This document shows, in pieces, positions 9,933 to 17,856 of a stretch of 64,000 nucleotides of DNA (positions within the stretch are counted from its first letter, which is position 1; each line of letters begins with the position of its first letter). The DNA is from Caldisericota bacterium (GTDB taxonomy: Bacteria; Caldisericota; Caldisericia; JAAYUI01): positions 1 through 64,000 of the forward strand of contig JAKPMO010000024.1 in NCBI GenBank assembly GCA_029548865.1, given 5' to 3'. Both the position numbers and the translations under genes were made by a program. The notes under the pieces were generated by a model, which saw only the letters and a list, made by a program, of their open reading frames with translations, made no database searches and was not told where the DNA came from.

Positions 9933-10925
9933 CCGGCTCGCATAAAAACCATTAGGGAGCTTTATTACAAGTCCTTTTATATCAAGAACCGTGATTATCC
10001 CCAACAACGCTTCCGCATTCAGGTCAGTCTTGTCACATATTTCATCAATCCTGCATGGTACCGCACAAGCCAGCAGAATAGCTTTTTCTGTTTCACTTAA
10101 AGATTCATCAGTATAAAGGGTTGTCTTTCCATACAAAGACAGAACATCTGAAGGTGAATCTACAAGCAAAGCACCATCTTTGATAAGCTTATTGCAACCC
10201 TCAAAATTCTGCATGCCAGGAAGTCCAGGACAAGCCAGTACATACCTTCCCAAATCCAGCGCATCCCTAGCTGTTATCAATGCACCGGATGACTTCGGAG
10301 CTTCGATAACAAGGCAAGCCTTTGAGAGGGCAGCAATTATTCTGTTTCTCCATGGGAAAGTCCATCTATCACCTGGAAAATTGGGTGGAAACTCTGAAAC
10401 AATGGCACCCTTTACTGAAATCCTCTTTTTGAGCTCCCTTTGCGTCGCACTTCTGGCCTGGTTTATCCCACACCCAAGAATAGCGATTGTAGGTTTGTCG
10501 GTATCAAGAGCTCCCCAGTGTGAAGCTGAATCAATCCCATCCGCCATCCCAGAAACCACGACAATCCCTGTTTTTGAAAACTCAAAAGCCATATTTCTGG
10601 CAATTCCTATTCCGTGTGGCGAGGCCTTTCTTGTCCCCACCATCGCAATAAGGTCCTGGGTTTCAGGAAGCCCACCAAAAACAAAGAGTGCCGCTGGTGG
10701 GCACTCTAGGTCAAAAAGGTTTTTTGGGTATCTCTCGTCATCCTGGCAAACAAATTCAATGCTCGATGACTTGATTTCAGAAAGACCGGTACTTATGGCT
10801 GTCTCAATCTCCTGCTTGCCAAAATCTTTCAGTATTTCCTCTGGCCCTTTCTCTTTCAATTTTCCCAGGGCCTGCGGTTTCGAGGCAAGCAAATAAGAGA
10901 TAGCCAGCCAGTAATTCCTTTCCAC
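9900..10925 (-). CDS. dprA: DNA-processing protein DprA
   Basis: AMVGTR, VSGMADGIDSASH, FPWRNRIIAALS, SGALITA, GCNKLIKDGA; start placed at GTG 10925 overlapping the upstream TAG. Confidence 0.95.
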   Translation of the reverse strand: MERNYWLAISYLLASKPQALGKLKEKGPEEILKDFGKQEIETAISTGLSEIKSSSIEFVCQDDERYPKNLFDLECPPAALFVFGGLPETQDLIAMVGTRKASPHGIGIARNMAFEFSKTGIVVVSGMADGIDSASHWGALDTDKPTIAILGCGINQARSATQRELKKRISVKGAIVSEFPPNFPGDRWTFPWRNRIIAALSKACLVIEAPKSSGALITARDALDLGRYVLACPGLPGMQNFEGCNKLIKDGALLVDSPSDVLSLYGKTTLYTDESLSETEKAILLACAVPCRIDEICDKTDLNAEALLGIITVLDIKGLVIKLPNGFYASRSFSDTKTGKN

Positions 10926-11182
10926 TAAAGTTTTTTCTGATAGTTGTATGTTAGAACGGCAAGGCCGGTAAACAGCAACATGGTGCCAAAAAGCACCACA
11001 ACCCATTGCTGGAGACCATTATATTTCAGGAGCGGCTTGAGACTTGATGCAAGCCCTACTTTGTCTATTCTTGCGGCACTCTGCATGCCATCAACCAGCT
11101 CGAGCGTCATTATCGCAAGAAAACAGCCAAGTGCAATAAGAACAAGCAGCACCATTACTGCGGTTATTTTCTCTTGCTTCAT
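10925..11182 (-). CDS. Small 2-TM membrane protein, possible accessory subunit of the Rieske/cytb-Flx complex
   Basis: 85 aa with two hydrophobic helices; ATGA overlap with the upstream gene and GGAG RBS. Confidence 0.7.
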   Translation of the reverse strand: MKQEKITAVMVLLVLIALGCFLAIMTLELVDGMQSAARIDKVGLASSLKPLLKYNGLQQWVVVLFGTMLLFTGLAVLTYNYQKKL

Positions 11183-11436
11183 TTTTTCTCCTTTGAGAGC
11201 CACTTGTCAAATAACTTTACTCTTTTGACTACCTTTCCCCTATGGTCTTCTGAGGCGTACATTCCAAAAACCAGAAGAAACATCATGGCCAAAAAGATGA
11301 GGCCAAAAGCGACAAGCTGGACAAAACCGAATGGACCCAGTTCTCCCAACACCTTTGCTGTCTGGACGAGTTGTGCAAGCGAAAGCACGCCAACCAGCAG
11401 GGCCAGGATAAAAATCAGGGTCCATTCATTTTTCAC
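11179..11436 (-). CDS. Small 2-TM membrane protein, possible accessory subunit of the Rieske/cytb-Flx complex
   Basis: 85 aa, two hydrophobic helices and basic C-terminus; GTGA overlap with the cytochrome b stop. Confidence 0.7.
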   Translation of the reverse strand: MKNEWTLIFILALLVGVLSLAQLVQTAKVLGELGPFGFVQLVAFGLIFLAMMFLLVFGMYASEDHRGKVVKRVKLFDKWLSKEKK

Positions 11437-12905
11437 AGACTTTTTACTCCAAGTGCAAGGGCCTTTTCAGCCTTCTTTTTTATAACCCTTCTCCTCCACA
11501 CATATTCAAGGAAGAAGGCAAGAGCAAACACAAACCCATTGAAGAGGAGTATAGTGTATATGTATATATTCCTGTCGGCATCCTTGAATGGTATCCAGTA
11601 AGACGCCAGAGAGCCTATTAGGAAGAAGGTGAGGCCACCAATCGCAAGCGTTGTGTAGGCCGGCCTTCCGGAGGCATTTCGTTGCTCCCTCCTGTCAATC
11701 CACGGAAGGGCAACAAGGAACACGATAAATAACACCGTCAGCAATGGCCCAATGGCACCAGGCAAGAACTTGAGATAGAAATAAACAAACAGAAAGTACC
11801 AGTCTGGCAAGATGTGGTCGGGTGTCTTGACTGTGTTTGGCGGTGGCTCACTGATTGCAGGCAAATACAATATTGCACCAATTATAACAATCGCCAATAT
11901 GGCAAACATGACCCAGTTGAGTTTCGGGCGTTTTTTCCTCGACCTGATAAAATACAACTCTGCGGCGAGGAACATGGCGATTGGCAACAGGTAATGCAAT
12001 ATATTGAACCTTAGAATTGTCGTCTGGCCAACCTGGTGTGCACCAAGACCAATAAACTTGAGCGCGGCACCCAAGCCCAAAGGACCAATACCAGGCAGAA
12101 GATCAACAGTATCAAGCATCTGCGTTCCTACTGTTGTTGCCCAATAAGACCTCTGGTCAAACGGAAGAAGGTAACCGGTTACACCCGAGAATGTTGAAAT
12201 GCAGACAACCAGCGTTGCAATTATCCAGGTTAGTTCTCCTGGTTTTTTGAATTCACCATTGAAATACATCCTAAGCCAGCGAAGCATGAGCAACGCGATG
12301 AAGCAATATGCACCATATCTGTGTATTCCTCTTATCGTTCTGGTTACTGGATTGCCAGAAATGTCTGCAACAGATATGTACGCTTTTGATACAATGACTC
12401 CAAGGTCAGCAACAATTTCTTCCGGGGTTTTGCCTTCCATGGCCAGTATATCCTTGCGCTGGCTGGTTATCGTTGCCCACTTGGTATCAACAAGAGCCTT
12501 TTCTGCATCTGTTGTAAGGGCGGCCTTTTCCTCGTCGCGCTGGGTAATCTCTTCCTGCGTGAGGAGCTCGTCCTCGGTCATCTCGCCAGCATCGATTTTT
12601 ACCCTGAATTCCTCTGCTTCCTTCATTGCCCCTTCAATCGTAAGTCCATGTCCATACATGACTTTTGAAGGATCAACTTTCTCAACAGGCGAGGTGTCAG
12701 GAACATAATAAAATGTCAGCACAATGCCAACGACCACCTGAAGGATGAGGAGGATGTAGAGCATGCCACCAATCCAGTAGAATGGATTTGATTTTTTCTT
12801 TTTTGGTGTCTCTTCATCGAAGATATTGACCTTGAGGCCTCTTATCTTCCACCATCTTGTCCACGATTTTGTCAAGCCGTCAAGCCAGTTTGCAAATTTG
12901 TCCAT
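11433..12905 (-). CDS. Cytochrome b of Rieske/cytb family (8 TM), Qo site retained, heme bH ligands lost, about 100 aa insertion
   Basis: NPFYWIGG, IRGIHRY, TGYLLPFDQRSYWATTVG, RFNILHYLLP, HILPDWYFL, LPWID; GGAGG RBS. Confidence 0.93.
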   Translation of the reverse strand: MDKFANWLDGLTKSWTRWWKIRGLKVNIFDEETPKKKKSNPFYWIGGMLYILLILQVVVGIVLTFYYVPDTSPVEKVDPSKVMYGHGLTIEGAMKEAEEFRVKIDAGEMTEDELLTQEEITQRDEEKAALTTDAEKALVDTKWATITSQRKDILAMEGKTPEEIVADLGVIVSKAYISVADISGNPVTRTIRGIHRYGAYCFIALLMLRWLRMYFNGEFKKPGELTWIIATLVVCISTFSGVTGYLLPFDQRSYWATTVGTQMLDTVDLLPGIGPLGLGAALKFIGLGAHQVGQTTILRFNILHYLLPIAMFLAAELYFIRSRKKRPKLNWVMFAILAIVIIGAILYLPAISEPPPNTVKTPDHILPDWYFLFVYFYLKFLPGAIGPLLTVLFIVFLVALPWIDRREQRNASGRPAYTTLAIGGLTFFLIGSLASYWIPFKDADRNIYIYTILLFNGFVFALAFFLEYVWRRRVIKKKAEKALALGVKSL

Positions 12906-12914
12906 TCTGGCCTC

Positions 12915-13763
12915 CTAAAAAGCCGCCGGCATTGCGGCGATCTGGGCTGATGTGAACACCGGGCCGTCCTGGCAGACGTAGTTGTGTCCAACATTGCATC
13001 TTCCACATTTTCCGCAACCGCAATTCATTCTGGCCTCAAGAGAAGCAAAAATCTTGTCTTTTGGGAACCCTATCTTGTCCAGACCAATGAGGGTGAACTT
13101 AATCATCACTGGTGGCCCTGATATTACAACTGCAGTGTTCTTGAAACCTGGGTCAATTTCAAACAGCAATTTTGACCTATTCTTGAAATTTGGATCATAA
13201 TACTGCCCGACAACACCAACATCTTCTTTCCATGTGCTGTCACCTTTGTCGCATGATCTCTTTACCTCAACATCTTTTACTTTTGCCCATTCAAAAATCT
13301 TGTTTTTAAAGACTTGATCGGCGGGTGTTTTCGCACCATAGAGTATCTCTATCTTGCCGTAGTCAGACCTTTTGTCGAGGGAATAGGTGAGCATGTTGCT
13401 GATGGCAGAGAAGCCAACGCCACCGGCCATATAGCTGATGTTCATTCCCTTAAGTGCGTCCTTCGGGAAGCCATTTCCATAAGGGCCCCTCAAAGTGACC
13501 CTGTCGCCAACTTTCATTCCGTGGAGCTTCTCGGTCACTGCGCCAACTTTCATGATGGTCAGCTCAAGGTGTTCCCTCTTTGTTGGAGTGTTGCCAATGG
13601 ATATCGAGCAGTCGCCAACACCTGGAATTCCAATTATGCAAAACTGGCCAGGGTTATAGTCAAAATTCCCGCCATCCCTTTTGATGTAGAAAGTTTTGAT
13701 ATTTGGCGTTTCCTGCTCGATTTTTTCAATTGTGGCCATCTCTGGCAGATACGGGTTCATCAC
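12915..13763 (-). CDS. FAD/NAD(P)-binding [2Fe-2S] oxidoreductase, FlxA/AsrB/HydG family
   Basis: PGQF, RGPYGNGF, AGGVG, LYGAK, GPPVM, MNCGCGKCGRC...VCQDGPVF. Confidence 0.92.
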   Translation of the reverse strand: MMNPYLPEMATIEKIEQETPNIKTFYIKRDGGNFDYNPGQFCIIGIPGVGDCSISIGNTPTKREHLELTIMKVGAVTEKLHGMKVGDRVTLRGPYGNGFPKDALKGMNISYMAGGVGFSAISNMLTYSLDKRSDYGKIEILYGAKTPADQVFKNKIFEWAKVKDVEVKRSCDKGDSTWKEDVGVVGQYYDPNFKNRSKLLFEIDPGFKNTAVVISGPPVMIKFTLIGLDKIGFPKDKIFASLEARMNCGCGKCGRCNVGHNYVCQDGPVFTSAQIAAMPAAF

Positions 13764-14785
13764 AGCGCACCTCCCAGGGTCTTTAGTGTTTCTGAAAGCG
13801 AGATTCCTGCTGGACAGAGGTCAGAACACCTTCCGCATCCAGTGCAGGCAATTTCTCCGTAGAGTGTCATGTGGTACTGGTACTTGTCCAGAATTTTGTT
13901 TCTGTAGCGCGCGGCAACATCGGGCCTTGGGTTGTGGCCAGAGGCCTCAAGCGAATAGACCGTGAAATGGCAAGAATCCCAACACTTGTCTTTGTTGCAG
14001 GAAGTAGCACCAGTTTTGCGGTCTCTCATTTCGAAGCAGTGGCAAGTTGGGCAGAAGAACGTGCACACGCCGCAGGAGATGCAACCCTGGCTCACCTTTT
14101 GCCAAATCGGGGATTCATAGAGTTTCATGTACTGGCCAGCTTTTGAGGTGTCCAGTTTGAAAATCATCATCGACTCGCAGGCCTTTTTGACTTTTTCCTG
14201 GGTCGCTTTGGCATCTCCACCATCTTCAAATACGGATTTGTTGGCCTCTATAAAAGATTTTCCCTTTTCAGTTGAAACAATGACCTGATAGGAATCACCT
14301 TCCGGAACCAGGAGAATGTCGGAGCCAGCTTCAGAGGCGGGGTGGATTCCAAGCGACGAGCAGGCACATGTTGAGAGCGGTTTTTCACAGGCAATCGCAA
14401 TGATGAGAGTTTTGTCCCTTTTGTCTTTCCAGTATGGGTCTTCAAACGGCTGTTTGCCACCATCCTTGCGGTCCCTTGCAAGGAAGAAATTGTCCAGTAT
14501 CTGGATGCCCCTGGCATCACATGGCCTGACCCCGAAAAGGATGGCCGGTTTTGAGGTATCTGCCTGATGAACCTTGTCGTCTTCTACTTTGTATATCAGT
14601 TCGGTTTGTGGAAAGATCACTTCTTTGGCTGGTGTTGCAGTCCTTATAGTTTTGAGGTCAATCGATTTTATATCTTCAATCCTCTTGAAGTTTGTGACCG
14701 CACCGTTTTTTTGTGGGGCATAAGCAACATGGGTCTTTCTCGATTCATCAATCAGGGAGAGCATTTTTTCTTTTTTGATTTTCAT
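13760..14785 (-). CDS. 4Fe-4S protein, FlxB/AsrA/HydB family
   Basis: FGVRPCDARG, CISCGVCTFFCPTCHC, CWDSC, CTGCGRCSDLCP; ATGA overlap and GGAGG RBS. Confidence 0.92.
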   Translation of the reverse strand: MKIKKEKMLSLIDESRKTHVAYAPQKNGAVTNFKRIEDIKSIDLKTIRTATPAKEVIFPQTELIYKVEDDKVHQADTSKPAILFGVRPCDARGIQILDNFFLARDRKDGGKQPFEDPYWKDKRDKTLIIAIACEKPLSTCACSSLGIHPASEAGSDILLVPEGDSYQVIVSTEKGKSFIEANKSVFEDGGDAKATQEKVKKACESMMIFKLDTSKAGQYMKLYESPIWQKVSQGCISCGVCTFFCPTCHCFEMRDRKTGATSCNKDKCWDSCHFTVYSLEASGHNPRPDVAARYRNKILDKYQYHMTLYGEIACTGCGRCSDLCPAGISLSETLKTLGGAL

Positions 14786-15777
14786 GCCCACCTCCCCAAC
14801 ACTTCTTCAACTTTATAAAGGGCCAGCGGTGTTTTTGCCTTGTCGCTGATTCCAGGTTCAAAGTCCCAAGTTGTTTTTGTCATATAGCCAATCTGTTCTG
14901 TTATTAGATTGAGCGGGATATTCTCAGGGCAGGCCCTTGCACATTCACCACAATTTGTGCATCTGTCAGAAAGGTGGAAATAATGGATGAAATGGTATGT
15001 CAAGATTGAGGCAAGAGAGGTTCCCTTCTGGAGATATGGTTCGGGTAACTTTGGATGGTCCATGATGCAGTTGGTATTGCAGTAACAACCCGGACAGGCA
15101 TCCCTGCAAGCAAAGCACATCGTGCACCTTGAAAGCTGGGAAATAATGTATGCTCTGCGCTCCTCAAAAGGCTTCTGGAGATAAGATTCCATCCACTTTT
15201 CCCAGTTCTTGGTAGGTTTTTTCGGCATGTCATCGGGTAGCAGTTCGTCAACCTCGAGTGCTGATGTATACGGGCAGCGAAGGCACCTTGGGTCATAGTA
15301 ATCTGATTTCACCAGATCGACTTTCTTGCCATCGAGCATTTCTACATGCAATGTTGTTCCGTCATCAGTAATATTTTTGATGTCAGAATCAAGGCCTGAC
15401 CTGACAAGATCAATATCAATGGTGCCGGGGCACTTTACGCCAATAACCCAGAGATTGTCTCTATCGACTTTGTTTTCTGCAACGTTGGCCAGAAGGTTCC
15501 TAGAATCACAGCCTTTGACCATGACACCGAACTTCTGCCCCTTTTTAAGCTCAGGGACATAAAAGGTTTTCCCACCAAGGAGTCTCGAAAGATTCTCTCT
15601 TGAGAAGGAGTTGAAAATCAGAAGGTCTGCTTCTTCATGGGTAGTAGCGACAAATGCTCTGGTTTTTCCAGGCATATCAGCGACTTCCCTCCAGCCGAGG
15701 AAACCAGCAATTTTCCCTGACTTTATGGCTTCTTTTACAATATTCCTGAAATAGGCGAGGGTTTTTTCTGTCATCAT
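14782..15777 (-). CDS. 4Fe-4S protein, FlxC / FdhB-FrhB-C-terminal-like family
   Basis: VKGCDSR, GVKCPG, CLRCP, CTMCFACRDACPGCYC...C, HLSDRCTNCGECARACP. Confidence 0.88.
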   Translation of the reverse strand: MMTEKTLAYFRNIVKEAIKSGKIAGFLGWREVADMPGKTRAFVATTHEEADLLIFNSFSRENLSRLLGGKTFYVPELKKGQKFGVMVKGCDSRNLLANVAENKVDRDNLWVIGVKCPGTIDIDLVRSGLDSDIKNITDDGTTLHVEMLDGKKVDLVKSDYYDPRCLRCPYTSALEVDELLPDDMPKKPTKNWEKWMESYLQKPFEERRAYIISQLSRCTMCFACRDACPGCYCNTNCIMDHPKLPEPYLQKGTSLASILTYHFIHYFHLSDRCTNCGECARACPENIPLNLITEQIGYMTKTTWDFEPGISDKAKTPLALYKVEEVLGRWA

Positions 15778-16181
15778 GCTTCCACCCCCATGCTGTCGAG
15801 TTTGCGCTTCATTGCAGAAATTTCTCTTGTCAAAACACCGTAATCAAGAGGATCTTTTTGAATATAGGAGAGCCTCTCTGGGTCAACACCGAGAGCCTCT
15901 GCAACTGACTGTGCTGCAAAAATCCTGCGCTTTGCGAACATGTTTCCATCAAAATTGTGGCAATCGTTGAGAGGGCAACCATAGATGATGATTGCTCCAA
16001 CACCTTCCACAAGGGCCTTGAAGGCAACAACAGGATTGAGTCTGCCTGTGCAGGAAAGCTTTACAAAGCCAACTTCAGGAAATTTGTCTTTGTGGTTTTC
16101 AAGGTCTTTGCCTTTCAGAGCCGATTCACAATGGAAAACTATTATTTTTCTTTTGATCGGGAGATCTTCTATTGAAGGCAT
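15774..16181 (-). CDS. MvhD/FlxD-like [2Fe-2S] protein
   Basis: IIVFHC, LSCTGR, GCPLNDCH..GN..AKRR, LGVDPERL; four Cys. Confidence 0.9.
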   Translation of the reverse strand: MPSIEDLPIKRKIIVFHCESALKGKDLENHKDKFPEVGFVKLSCTGRLNPVVAFKALVEGVGAIIIYGCPLNDCHNFDGNMFAKRRIFAAQSVAEALGVDPERLSYIQKDPLDYGVLTREISAMKRKLDSMGVEA

Positions 16182-17233
16182 AGGCCTTTTACCTCCTCGA
16201 GTATGACTTTGTTCTCGAAACCTTCTAAGTCAATGACCTGCGGTAAACAGCCAGCAACACAGATTCCACAAGCCTGGCATTTTTTTCTTACAACAAAAGC
16301 AACATCTTTTGTCTTGTTCCTGGATACATTGAATTTCTTTTGTGTTATCGCGTTCTTTGGGCAAAGCGTGATGCAGGTAAAGCACCCAGAACAACGGACA
16401 GGATCAACAACAGCGGCTGTTTTAATCTTCCTGCCAAAGAATGGCAACGCAATCAGAACTGCGATGAGGAACCCCCAGGCACTTGCTGCAATGGTGGGAC
16501 TGCCGAGTCGTATAGTGAACAGCCCTATCCAGTCGAAAACATATTTTCCAGCCTTGAGATCTGTTTTGCCAGCGATTGGGAACAAGCCAACAATCACGGC
16601 AAGAACTCCAAGGAAAATCAATGAGAGGGCAAATGTTGGGATAACTGGCGGTCTGGAAATCCTGGCAAAATGCCATACAAGAAGAGCGAAAACAAGGATT
16701 GGAGCTCCAATATGAAATGCCCTGTAAATGACAAGCAGGGCAACCTCCGTTATCTGGCCTCTTCCAAAAAATTTGAGTATTTCAGATGCTCTTCCATCCA
16801 TCGGAAGAATGTAGCCTGTTATGGTTATAAGTACTGTGAACACCAGCAATGCAACGCCGACAAACCATCCAACCGATCTGGTGCTTGTATGCCTCTGGGC
16901 AAAAAGTTTTCTGAGCATGTGTGCTGCAGCAAAGAGAATCATTGCATCAGCGGCATACCTATGGAGCGTCCTTATGAAAAGGCCATATGGTATTTTGTCC
17001 GACATGATATACATGATCGACTTTTGGGCCTGGTCCAGAGACGGCATATAGAAGAAACTCAGGACAAAACCTGTCAATATCTGGATGAACAGCAAAAGGA
17101 AGGTTATAGAGCCAAGGCTGTTGAGAATGTTGATCGATTCAAAACCTGCCTTTAGGACATCAAAAATTCCCAATGTCCCATTTATGAGAAAATTCAACGG
17201 CTTAAAAGGGCTATAGGATTTGCTTGGGCTCAT
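16169..17233 (-). CDS. Diheme cytochrome b fused to C-terminal 2x[4Fe-4S] ferredoxin; Qo site degenerate
   Basis: Four His (IRTLHRY, AAHML, AFHIG, VWHFA; two pairs 14 apart), TGYILP; CSGCFTCITLCP and CQACGICVAGCLP; start placed at MSPSK. Confidence 0.92.
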   Translation of the reverse strand: MSPSKSYSPFKPLNFLINGTLGIFDVLKAGFESINILNSLGSITFLLLFIQILTGFVLSFFYMPSLDQAQKSIMYIMSDKIPYGLFIRTLHRYAADAMILFAAAHMLRKLFAQRHTSTRSVGWFVGVALLVFTVLITITGYILPMDGRASEILKFFGRGQITEVALLVIYRAFHIGAPILVFALLVWHFARISRPPVIPTFALSLIFLGVLAVIVGLFPIAGKTDLKAGKYVFDWIGLFTIRLGSPTIAASAWGFLIAVLIALPFFGRKIKTAAVVDPVRCSGCFTCITLCPKNAITQKKFNVSRNKTKDVAFVVRKKCQACGICVAGCLPQVIDLEGFENKVILEEVKGLCLQ

Positions 17234-17235
17234 AG

Positions 17236-17793
17236 TCACACCTTTTCCACTGTTATTGCACCAGAACCTTGATCCCATTCCACTTTCCAGGGTTTAAGGG
17301 CTGATGGAGGCGGGCCTGCAATGACATTTGCGGTCACTGGGTCAAAGAAACCGTCATGACAACGACAGTGCCAGTTGTTCGAAACCGAGTCCCAGTAAAT
17401 AACGCATGCAAGATGGGTACATTTTGCATCCCAGGCGTGGAGTTTACCTTCCTTGTCCTTGATCAATATTCCTGGATTGCTGATCTTTACTGGTTTAGTT
17501 GGAATCGAAGTGTCGATAGTGACAATTTCAAATGAATAGCCAAGCATTTCTTTCATCGAGTTGTAGTTAGCTTCAACATCCGCAAAGCTTGTCCCGCCAC
17601 CGGCAAGCATTGGTTCTCTCATACTCGAGAGAACAACCCTCGCTACAGATGGTGGTGGAATTGCCAGACCAAGTTTACCAAAAGGCTTCAATAACCTTAG
17701 TACTGGTGAAATCGCCCCTGCGAGCAAGCCCAGGAGCGGCAAGCCTAGAAGGACCTTGAGCAATTCTCGTCTTGTAACCTCTTTTTGACTCAC
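17236..17793 (-). CDS. Rieske [2Fe-2S] protein with Tat-type membrane anchor
   Basis: TRRELLK plus hydrophobic helix, CTHLAC, CRCHDGFFD, GPPP; GTG start with GGAGGA RBS. Confidence 0.95.
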   Translation of the reverse strand: MSQKEVTRRELLKVLLGLPLLGLLAGAISPVLRLLKPFGKLGLAIPPPSVARVVLSSMREPMLAGGGTSFADVEANYNSMKEMLGYSFEIVTIDTSIPTKPVKISNPGILIKDKEGKLHAWDAKCTHLACVIYWDSVSNNWHCRCHDGFFDPVTANVIAGPPPSALKPWKVEWDQGSGAITVEKV

Positions 17794-17827
17794 GCTGTCC
17801 TCCGAATTGAGAATTTGCATAGACTCA

Positions 17828-17856
17828 AAGTTAATACGACAATTTGTTTAAGTCAA
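17828..17856 (-). promoter_or_regulatory. Putative sigma70 promoter of the Rieske/cytb-Flx operon
   Basis: TTGACT-17nt-TAACTT, about 35 nt upstream of the Rieske GTG. Confidence 0.55.

Noticed and set aside
11433..12905. cytb-A as a pseudogene because two heme ligands are lost
   Set aside because: The ORF is intact with a strong RBS, the Qo motifs and bL ligands are conserved, and the losses are confined to one heme.
14036..14056. CPTCH as a c-type heme-binding CxxCH
   Set aside because: It is part of the CxxCxxCxxxCPxCxC Fe-S motif of a cytoplasmic AsrA/FlxB protein with no export signal.
12915..14785. Calling the AsrA/AsrB-like pair an anaerobic sulfite reductase or group 3b sulfhydrogenase
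   Set aside because: No AsrC (siroheme) or NiFe large/small subunit is adjacent, and the presence and order of the MvhD-like and FlxC-like genes match flxDCBA.
15774..16181. Selenocysteine recoding in the MvhD-like gene, or an alternative genetic code
   Set aside because: No in-frame TGA; TGA serves as a normal stop for many conserved genes in the window.
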